Source: Candidatus Omnitrophota bacterium
GTDB lineage: Bacteria; Omnitrophota; Gorgyraeia; Gygaellales; Profunditerraquicolaceae
DNA: 64,000 nt
Direction: 5' to 3'
Assembly (NCBI GenBank): GCA_011620275.1
Contig: WOZK01000031.1
Location: 23,479-87,478, forward strand
Both the position numbers and the translations under genes were made by a program. Within the stretch, counting starts at the first letter, position 1; the number at the start of each line of letters is the position of its first letter. Under the pieces are notes generated by a model. That model saw only the letters and a program-made list of their open reading frames with translations, was not told the origin of the DNA and did not search any database. Positions 57,254-64,000 of this stretch are shown piece by piece.

Positions 57254-58530
57254 TTTCCCAGCATTCTTTTATTGCGCAGAAGGCGATGATAAGAAACCGC
57301 AAACCTGTGCGCTTCGTCTCGGATCCTGCGCAGTAGATTAAGACCGGCGCTTTCCCCGGAAAAGACCATTTCCCTTCCGTCGGCGAAACATACCTTCTCC
57401 ATACTCCTTGCGGGATGTCCTCTGCGGGCGGCGCCCCGTTCCGGTTTCGCTATACCTATCAGCGGGATACCGAAGACCCCGGCCTCGGACAGCCCGGAAA
57501 GAGCGGAGGAAACCTGGCCTTTGCCTCCGTCTATGATTATCAGGTCGGGCAGCGGCAGTCCCTCCCTGAGCAGCCGGGAATAACGACGGAAAACTACTTC
57601 TTTCATCATGGCGAAATCGTTCATCCCCTGTTCCTGCCTTATGCGGAAACGGCGATAATTATGCTTGTCCGGACTGCCGCCGCCGAAAGAAACAAGAGAA
57701 CCGCACGATTCCCTTCCCTGAATGCAGGAGATGTCGAAAGCCTCTATGCGTTCCGGGACGTTCTTCAGGCGCAGCCTGCGCTTCAGATCATCCAATTCCC
57801 TGCGGCTGCCTCCGGCCCTCATCGCGGACAAGGCGGAGATCTGATCCCGCAGCCCGGCAGCCGCCTCAAAATCCTTTTCGCCGGCGGCCTGTTCCATTCT
57901 GGCCGACAGGTCGGCGATGAGGATCTCATAACTCCCTTCCAGGAAGAGCTTGACGCGCCTGATGACGGCGGCGTAAGCCTCCGGAGAGATGCGGCCTACG
58001 CAGGGAGCGGGGCAAAGTCCGAGCCTGGAATAAAGACAGGGCCCTTTCGGCAATTTTGCACAAGAACGGAACCCGAAAAGCCTGCGCACGATCTTCAAAG
58101 CGGACCTGGCGGAAGCCGCGTCGGTATAAGGCCCGTAATACCCCGCCCCGGCTTCCGGTTCCCCCCGCCTGCGCACCAGCATTACGACGGGAAAATCGCC
58201 GCCGCCGATACTTATGAACGGGAATGTTTTGTCGTCTTTCCTGGATACGTTATAATGCGGCTGTTTTTCTTTTATAATTGAGGCTTCCAGCAGATCGGCT
58301 TCCCGTTCGCTGCCGGTGGTAATGAAATCTATCCGCTCTGTTTTTCCCACCAAAGCGGCTGTCCTGGCCGGATGCGGACCGGAAAAGTAGGAAGAGACCC
58401 TTTTCCTTAAGGACTTCGCTTTCCCGACGTAAAGAAGCGTTCCACCCGCGTTTTTAAAAAAATACACCCCGGGACCATCCGGTAATGCCGCGGCCCTGTT
58501 TCGTAAAATCAGGTTTTTTTCTTCATCCAT
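57250..58530 (-). CDS. uvrC: Excinuclease ABC subunit C (short form without the C-terminal HhH)
   Basis: GVY...YVGKA, Cys-rich region, UVR domain, EAFDIS, IDGGKGQ and RDEAHRFA. Confidence 0.9.
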   Translation of the reverse strand: MDEEKNLILRNRAAALPDGPGVYFFKNAGGTLLYVGKAKSLRKRVSSYFSGPHPARTAALVGKTERIDFITTGSEREADLLEASIIKEKQPHYNVSRKDDKTFPFISIGGGDFPVVMLVRRRGEPEAGAGYYGPYTDAASARSALKIVRRLFGFRSCAKLPKGPCLYSRLGLCPAPCVGRISPEAYAAVIRRVKLFLEGSYEILIADLSARMEQAAGEKDFEAAAGLRDQISALSAMRAGGSRRELDDLKRRLRLKNVPERIEAFDISCIQGRESCGSLVSFGGGSPDKHNYRRFRIRQEQGMNDFAMMKEVVFRRYSRLLREGLPLPDLIIIDGGKGQVSSALSGLSEAGVFGIPLIGIAKPERGAARRGHPARSMEKVCFADGREMVFSGESAGLNLLRRIRDEAHRFAVSYHRLLRNKRMLGK

Positions 58531-60098
58531 CCCAGCAACTCTCCAGGCTCCGGACATTTCAACATCTTGCACACGGCGAGATATACGGCGCAGCAGCAGA
58601 CAAAGTACACGGCCAGCCATGCCGCGTGAAAAAAGAAACCGCCGTCCCGGTAGTGGCCGGGCAGTCTCGACGAAATAAAAAAACAGGCGTATCCGGCGGT
58701 AGCGCCGGCGACGAGTATCTTCGCCAGAGAGACCGCTATCGCCCTAAGATCAAGCCCCCCGGTCTTTTTGTCGAGTATCCGGATAAGCATAAGGAAAGAA
58801 ACGATTCCCGACACGGAACTTGCCAGGGCCAGTCCCTTTATTTTTAAAGGAAACATCAATAAAGCGTTAAGTATGACGTTGACCGTCAGGGCCGCCGCGG
58901 ATACCTTCACCGGAGAGGCGGTATCATGCATGGCGAAAAAGCAGGAATTCAGCACTTTACTGCCGGCATAAGCGAATAGTCCTATACTGTAACAAGAGAG
59001 CGCATCCGCCGTGACGGACGAAGCGTAGGCGTCGAACCTGCCCCCGCTAAAAATCCCTTCTATGAGCCGGCCGGAAAGGGAAATAAAAAATGCCGATGCC
59101 GGTACCATCAGAAAGAACACCTGACGCAGACTGGTCACAAGAGTGGCCTTGAGATCGCCGGTCCTGTCAGCGTCTGCGGCCTGTGCGGACATCAGCGGCA
59201 AGGCCGCCTGCGCCACGGCGTTGCCGAATATCCCCACAGGAAATTGCACCAGCCTGTAGGCGAAATAAAGCACGGCCACTCCGCCTTCTCCCACGGCGAA
59301 AGCCAGCGAGCCGAAAACCGAATCGACGAAATTATTGAGTTGATAAATACACGTGCCGAATAATCGCGGCACGAGAAGCCGGACGACCTCGGCTGCGCCA
59401 GGATGGCTGAATTTAGTCAAGAACCCCTTTACGCGGAATCCGTAGGCGTAGACCACCGGAATCTGCACCGCCAACTGCAGAACCCCGCCTATCAGGATGC
59501 CGGAGGCCAGGCCGGTTATCCCTTCCCCGAAGAAAAGGGCGCAGACGATAATTGAAATATTCAACAGGCACGGCGCGAATGCCGGGGCCTTAAAATGGCC
59601 CAAAGAATTCAGCATGGCCATGGTATATGCCGCCAGGCTTATCAGCAGCAGATAAGGAAAAACCAGCCTGTTAAGCAGCACGGTCGTCTGGAACTTGACG
59701 GGGTCTGCGGTGAATCCCGGAGCGAAAACCCTGATTATGAAGGGAGAAAAGACCACTCCGGCCAGGACTATCGCCGCAAGCACGACCAGAAGGACGTTAA
59801 GCAGAACATTGGCCAGTTCCCAGAACTCGGTCCTGTCGCGCCTGAGGGCGTAGCGGCTGAACACCGGCACAAAAGCCGAATTCACCGCGCCTTCTCCGAC
59901 TATATCACGGAAGAGATTCGGGATGCGAAAGGCCACGACGAAAGCCTGGGCGTAAACGTATACGCCGAACATACGGGCTATGACTATGTCCCGGCAGAAG
60001 CCGAGAATGCGGGAACACAGGGTCGCCGCACCGATCAACCCGGCGGAACGCATCATCCCCCTGCATTGGTTATTATGTAACTCTCTTGTCACCAGCAT
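58509..60098 (-). CDS. murJ: Lipid II flippase
   Basis: SRILGFCRD, AFRIPNLFR..GEGA...AFVPVF and RLVQFPVG. Confidence 0.95.
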   Translation of the reverse strand: MLVTRELHNNQCRGMMRSAGLIGAATLCSRILGFCRDIVIARMFGVYVYAQAFVVAFRIPNLFRDIVGEGAVNSAFVPVFSRYALRRDRTEFWELANVLLNVLLVVLAAIVLAGVVFSPFIIRVFAPGFTADPVKFQTTVLLNRLVFPYLLLISLAAYTMAMLNSLGHFKAPAFAPCLLNISIIVCALFFGEGITGLASGILIGGVLQLAVQIPVVYAYGFRVKGFLTKFSHPGAAEVVRLLVPRLFGTCIYQLNNFVDSVFGSLAFAVGEGGVAVLYFAYRLVQFPVGIFGNAVAQAALPLMSAQAADADRTGDLKATLVTSLRQVFFLMVPASAFFISLSGRLIEGIFSGGRFDAYASSVTADALSCYSIGLFAYAGSKVLNSCFFAMHDTASPVKVSAAALTVNVILNALLMFPLKIKGLALASSVSGIVSFLMLIRILDKKTGGLDLRAIAVSLAKILVAGATAGYACFFISSRLPGHYRDGGFFFHAAWLAVYFVCCCAVYLAVCKMLKCPEPGELLGWMKKKT

Positions 60099-60121
60099 TC
60101 CTTCACACGCAAATAAAATAT

Positions 60122-60150
60122 TTGATTAATTACTGACGCCGTTGTATAAT
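60122..60150 (+). promoter_or_regulatory. Putative sigma70 promoter far upstream of rpsT
   Basis: TTGATT-N17-TATAAT. Confidence 0.5.
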
Positions 60151-60416
60151 TGGACTTCTGGTCAATCCGCCGTCTAACCGTCTGATGACCAGACTTTTAC
60201 GTATATAATAAACAGTACTTTGTTAAAAAACGGCTCAATTTAATGGTTTTATCGTCGAGAAGTTACGTTGAACTAACATGAAATCAAAGATAATCAACGC
60301 ATTGAAATACGCGCAACGTTTCCAATGACAATGTATTACAATAAGATGGCTTTTGGAAAGTAAGCACAAAGAAATAAATTTTAACAAGGTACTGATAAAT
60401 TCACAAGGAGAAAGTT

Positions 60417-60680
60417 ATGCCAAGAAGACGCAGTTCCATATTAATGAACAAATTAAGCAAGAAAAGACACCTGCGTAATTTCAAGATCAAGAAAGAACTC
60501 AAGAAAAAGATCAAGGAATTACAGGTGCTTGTCGCGTCCAAAAACACCCAGGAAGCGCAAAAAGCCCTTAAAGAGGTTTTTTCCAAACTGGACAAGGCCG
60601 CCAAGAAAAGGATTATTCACCCTGCCACGGCCGACCGCCGCAAATCTCGTCTAAACAAAAAAGTAATGAAGACAACCTGA
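60417..60680 (+). CDS. rpsT: 30S ribosomal protein S20
   Basis: LDKAAKKRIIHPATADRRKSRL and an AAGGAG RBS. Confidence 0.95.
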   Translation: MPRRRSSILMNKLSKKRHLRNFKIKKELKKKIKELQVLVASKNTQEAQKALKEVFSKLDKAAKKRIIHPATADRRKSRLNKKVMKTT

Positions 60681-60695
60681 AGCGCGTCTCTATAG

Positions 60696-61409
60696 TCAAT
60701 ACCTGGAAGCCGCCGGTGAGTTCTTACCGGCGGTTTCTTTATCCGGATCCGGCGGCAAGGGCTCTTGCCGGGCGAGAGCCGCAATAAGACGCTCCAGGGC
60801 AAAAAGCGGTTTCAGCCGGCCGGTCTTTATCTGCAGATCGCAGCGCAATATCTCTTTGAAAGCCGCCGCCGAACGTTCCTTTTCCCATTTAGCGCAGGAA
60901 TAACGCAGTCCTCCGAGAATGCGTTCCGGTTTCTCGCCGGCTTCTATAAGGCTGTGCAAGACCCTAAGCGCGTCTGCCGCCCTTCTGGAGCGCAACTGCC
61001 CGGCAAGAACAAAGGCGTCAGCATACGAAGTTTCCCCGAAGCGGACGAGGCGGCCGGCCCTGCATAAAGATGACTGAAAAGGGTCTTTGGGATCGAGCCG
61101 TTCGAAATCCACTACAAGCAATATAGATTTGTTGGCGGCCGCGGCGTAAGCCGAGATGAATTTCTTCGCGGCCGACGACAATGTGCCGGCGTTCTTCAGG
61201 ACTATCATCCGCCGGGAAGCGCTCACCGGAATGCTCAAAATCCTTTCCTGCAAAGAACGCAGGTCCATATCGTTGCCGTAGAAAACGTCGAAGTTGAATT
61301 CCCGGGTATCGGAAGGCAGGAAGGTCTCTTTAAGCTGGTTCAAACGGAGGTTTTTTGCCGCGGAATCTTCGCCGGCAAAAACATAGACAAGGATATCGCC
61401 GGCTACCAT
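60696..61409 (-). CDS. holA: DNA polymerase III delta subunit (shortened)
   Basis: VYVFAGED, FNFDVFYG, RRMIVLK and DLQIKTG...ALERL. Fits the usual lptE-holA-rpsT synteny. Confidence 0.8.
   Translation of the reverse strand: MVAGDILVYVFAGEDSAAKNLRLNQLKETFLPSDTREFNFDVFYGNDMDLRSLQERILSIPVSASRRMIVLKNAGTLSSAAKKFISAYAAAANKSILLVVDFERLDPKDPFQSSLCRAGRLVRFGETSYADAFVLAGQLRSRRAADALRVLHSLIEAGEKPERILGGLRYSCAKWEKERSAAAFKEILRCDLQIKTGRLKPLFALERLIAALARQEPLPPDPDKETAGKNSPAASRY
60709..60742 (+). terminator. Intrinsic terminator of rpsT
   Basis: CCGCCGGT-GAGTTCTT-ACCGGCGG-TTTCTTTAT. Confidence 0.75.
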
Positions 61410-61957
61410 TGTTCAACAGTGCGCTCCACTATTCTGCGGGCGAGATCAAGCAGCGCGTCGTTGACGGCGGCATCCTCCGACTTAGCGGCAGCCCCCTTGA
61501 CGAAATAAGTGGTGTCTCCGGTGAAATTTCTCTCTTCCCAGAGCGATTTGTCTGCGCCGGGTTCCCACAGGCTTATGTTCACCAGCAGGTTCATCCGGTA
61601 CTCGTCCACTTCGTTATCTGTGTTGTAACGCAGGGGATCCCTGCGGAATTCCACCAGTTCGCCTTTCAGTATCAGATCCGCATTCTCTATGCCGACCGGC
61701 TTAAGATTACCGTCCATAAGGAAACGGCGCGTAAGAATACGGGTAATATCGCTCTCCAGCATCGGACGGTAGACTTTATAACCCTGTCTGGAGTCGGACT
61801 CGCCGGTAATGTCGACTTTATTGACGAAAGGAGCGATATAAACCGTTTTGTAACTGCCGGTTATCATCGAGCGGGTGGTATAGCCGCAGGAGGAAAGCAG
61901 GAAACCTGCCGCAGCCGAAATAACGGCTGGTATGAACAAAAACCGAAGACGCTTCAT
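61403..61957 (-). CDS. lptE: LPS assembly lipoprotein LptE family
   Basis: Lipobox SSCGY, VYIAPFVN, ADLILKG and LARRIV. Synteny with bamD and holA. Confidence 0.85.
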   Translation of the reverse strand: MKRLRFLFIPAVISAAAGFLLSSCGYTTRSMITGSYKTVYIAPFVNKVDITGESDSRQGYKVYRPMLESDITRILTRRFLMDGNLKPVGIENADLILKGELVEFRRDPLRYNTDNEVDEYRMNLLVNISLWEPGADKSLWEERNFTGDTTYFVKGAAAKSEDAAVNDALLDLARRIVERTVEQW

Positions 61958-62898
61958 TTCTTCTTCCTCTCGAGAATCTGTAGTCTTTCCAGCGATTTCG
62001 CAGCCCACATGGTGCCCGGATAATTTTTTACCACGTCTTCGTAATATATCCTGGCCGACTCATAAATCCTTTGTTTCTCGTAAAACCTGCCGGAATTGAA
62101 GATGCTGCATGCTTCCTTGTCCTTCAACGCGTCTATGTTCTTCTGCGCATCTGGCGAAAGAACGGCGTCCGGATGGGTGTTGACGAAAGCCTGAAACCTC
62201 TCCTTTGCCTCTTTTGTCGCGCCCTGGTCGTAATCCGGCCCCTGGGAAACGGCGGCGCGGCAGGCGGCTATCTGAAACTGAGCCGCAGGCACCCATTCGC
62301 TGTCCGGATAGGTCTTGATGAGCTTGAAAAAGGCTTCTTCCGCCTCATAGTAACGCGAAAGGCCCTTCAGCACTATGCCCAGCTTGTACTGAGCCTTGTC
62401 CGCCAGCGGTCCGTAATTGGAATTCTCCACCACCTTGGAGAATATCTCCACCCCCGGATTCTCCGGAGCGAATACCGCCGATACGCCTTTTCTCTTGCCG
62501 GAAACAAACTCTTCTCCTATACCGTACTGTCTTTCGATAGCCTCCTGGATTTTGTCGGAGAAAGGGTACTTATCTATCAACAGTTGGTAAGCCTTAAAAG
62601 CCTCGTAAGGCTTGCCGGCGGCTTCGTTTATTCTCCCAAGATAATACTGGCTGACAGCTGCTTCCGCCGACTTAGGGTAAGCCTTGATCAATTTCCGGAA
62701 TTCTTTCCCGGCTTCCTCGTAATGCTTGCCTTCGAACAGGAAGATCGCCGCCTCGGCCTGTTCTTTCGGGGTGGGTTTCACGGCGGTCTTGGGATTGACC
62801 CATTTCCCGCTTTTAGGAGTCCATATCCAATAGGCGAACGCGGACTGATCCGTCAGCAGAATGAGAGAGAAGATAACAAGGAATACCCTGGTAAACAT
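61954..62898 (-). CDS. bamD: Outer membrane assembly factor BamD-like TPR protein
   Basis: TPR repeats, YP.S motifs, DYDQ..T..A and FYEK...SARIYY. Confidence 0.8.
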   Translation of the reverse strand: MFTRVFLVIFSLILLTDQSAFAYWIWTPKSGKWVNPKTAVKPTPKEQAEAAIFLFEGKHYEEAGKEFRKLIKAYPKSAEAAVSQYYLGRINEAAGKPYEAFKAYQLLIDKYPFSDKIQEAIERQYGIGEEFVSGKRKGVSAVFAPENPGVEIFSKVVENSNYGPLADKAQYKLGIVLKGLSRYYEAEEAFFKLIKTYPDSEWVPAAQFQIAACRAAVSQGPDYDQGATKEAKERFQAFVNTHPDAVLSPDAQKNIDALKDKEACSIFNSGRFYEKQRIYESARIYYEDVVKNYPGTMWAAKSLERLQILERKKK

Positions 62899-62987
62899 AG
62901 TGTTTACGGTAGCACAACCGCTATCTTTTGTCAACTGTGTCTTGACGGTGGGACTTAACGATGGGTGTGCAATGGGAAAAATTTTCT

Positions 62988-64000
62988 CTACCAGAACACC
63001 GGCCTCGTATCCTGTCTTAATTTATCCACGGCCAGGGAAAAATCCTCAGCCGTGCCGTAGAGTATAATACGGCAGGAGAGGACCGTAAAGCGGCCCGGTC
63101 CAAGTGGAATCGTTTCTCCGGCATTGGCGATAATGCCGATGTTCCCCGGTTCCGTTCTGTATTCATCCGATCTATGCAAGTTGGTCAATAACCCGGAATC
63201 GTAGATCATTATCATCCCGGGTAGGCCGGCATCGGGCGCTATCCCGAAATACATACTCCCCCGCAAACCTGGTTCTCCGGTAAATATCCCTCTTGCCGGA
63301 AATTTTTGTTCATAGAGACCTTCTATCCCGTGTAGCAACAGAGATAATTCGTGTGTCTCGTAGTGCCGCCCCAGCAAAGACGCAATGAAAAGGATGCGGG
63401 AAGGCGTTTTCTTATTAAGAGACAAAGAGGGGCTGTTCGCTGCGGATTCGTATTCAAAGAAGCGCCGCTTGAGCCCGCCGAGAACGATATCACGGGAATA
63501 GCGGATGTTACGGGAGTTGCCCCCGCAGCTCCAAGCGGGACCGTCCGCTCTTCTCAAGAACCGGACAAGGGGTGACTGTAACTGCAGACATAACTGATCC
63601 CTGGTATCTATCTCCAATTTTAAATCGAGCATATCTCCTTCCAGGCGGATCGTCCAAACCTGTTCAACATGGCCGCCTTCGTCATTACCGTCCTCACACC
63701 TTTTTGAGACTATCAGTTCTCCCTTTTTTGTCTCTACGCAGAAGTTTAGGGCGATGAAGCCCGGCGTATTATAGTCTTCCATGTCCGTGAACGATAAAAG
63801 TTCGCGGCCTTTCCAGAAAACGGTATTCCTGCCTCCGGAAGAAACGACCTTTATTCTTTGATTCATGATTTGCCCTTTGCTGAGCGGCCGCCGGATCAAG
63901 GAATTTATCTCTTGTCTGCTGAAGGCACAGATATCCCTGCCGGTTTTAGCGATGAACGCCTTCCGAGCCTCCCGGCTGATCCAGAAGTCAATCTTATCCT
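62988..64000 (-). CDS. C-terminal part of a hypothetical protein (continues beyond the window)
   Basis: The frame of the 303-aa ORF stays open to the window end (DKIDFWISREARKAF...). No recognisable motif. Confidence 0.55.
   Translation of the reverse strand, partial: DKIDFWISREARKAFIAKTGRDICAFSRQEINSLIRRPLSKGQIMNQRIKVVSSGGRNTVFWKGRELLSFTDMEDYNTPGFIALNFCVETKKGELIVSKRCEDGNDEGGHVEQVWTIRLEGDMLDLKLEIDTRDQLCLQLQSPLVRFLRRADGPAWSCGGNSRNIRYSRDIVLGGLKRRFFEYESAANSPSLSLNKKTPSRILFIASLLGRHYETHELSLLLHGIEGLYEQKFPARGIFTGEPGLRGSMYFGIAPDAGLPGMIMIYDSGLLTNLHRSDEYRTEPGNIGIIANAGETIPLGPGRFTVLSCRIILYGTAEDFSLAVDKLRQDTRPVFW

Noticed and set aside
60165-60195. Fluoride riboswitch (AACCG...CTGATGAC)
   Set aside because: The 5' GGNGATGG half and pseudoknot partner are absent, and the downstream gene is rpsT.
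60100-60416. Replication origin in the AT-rich murJ-rpsT spacer
   Set aside because: No clustered DnaA boxes (TTATCCACA) were seen and there is no dnaA nearby.
766-62958. Many long plus-strand ORFs (for example 766..2196, 3876..5516, 34666..35688, 52538..53614, 62071..62958)
   Set aside because: They are antisense shadows of well-supported minus-strand genes in GC-rich DNA and show no recognisable motifs.

Overview
A 64-kb window of mostly housekeeping chromosome from an anaerobic diderm bacterium. Gene content and style suggest Candidatus Omnitrophota/PVC, which is an inference. Almost all genes lie on the minus strand. From left to right: (i) a secreted-glycan module (CBM-like protein, TPR-fused clan GH-A glycoside hydrolase, sugar ABC permeases and binding protein); (ii) two stand-alone PilZ genes flanking a decayed IS1182, one with a riboswitch-like leader; (iii) an atypical FtsH plus a lipoprotein; (iv) purN and an rnf operon in the order C-G-D-E-A-B, behind an MFS gene and tRNA-Thr; (v) uppP, an RluA-family gene, nadA, mnmA and birA, interspersed with a REP/MITE-like repeat family; (vi) an IscR-like Rrf2-cysK-nfu-DUF39-NIL/ferredoxin sulfur operon; (vii) an oxidative-stress/Fe-S cluster (SufC/SufB-like pair, ldh, an internally deleted FNR, superoxide reductase, FprA, an unannotated rubredoxin, glutaredoxin, TrxB-like reductase); (viii) a P-type ATPase, AmrS, a ThiI-like gene and trpB2; (ix) envelope and translation genes (lnt, secA, frameshifted prfB, a degenerate PilT/PilU, uvrC, murJ, rpsT, holA, lptE, bamD). 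The best leads are a candidate switch-type RNA upstream of a PilZ gene, a hidden 26-aa bL37-like basic peptide coupled to trpB2, a PilT-family pseudo-ATPase, and a palindromic repeat family whose arms also bracket the IS remnant. No CRISPR array, rRNA or prophage was seen. All calls come from motif reading by eye; no database searches were run.
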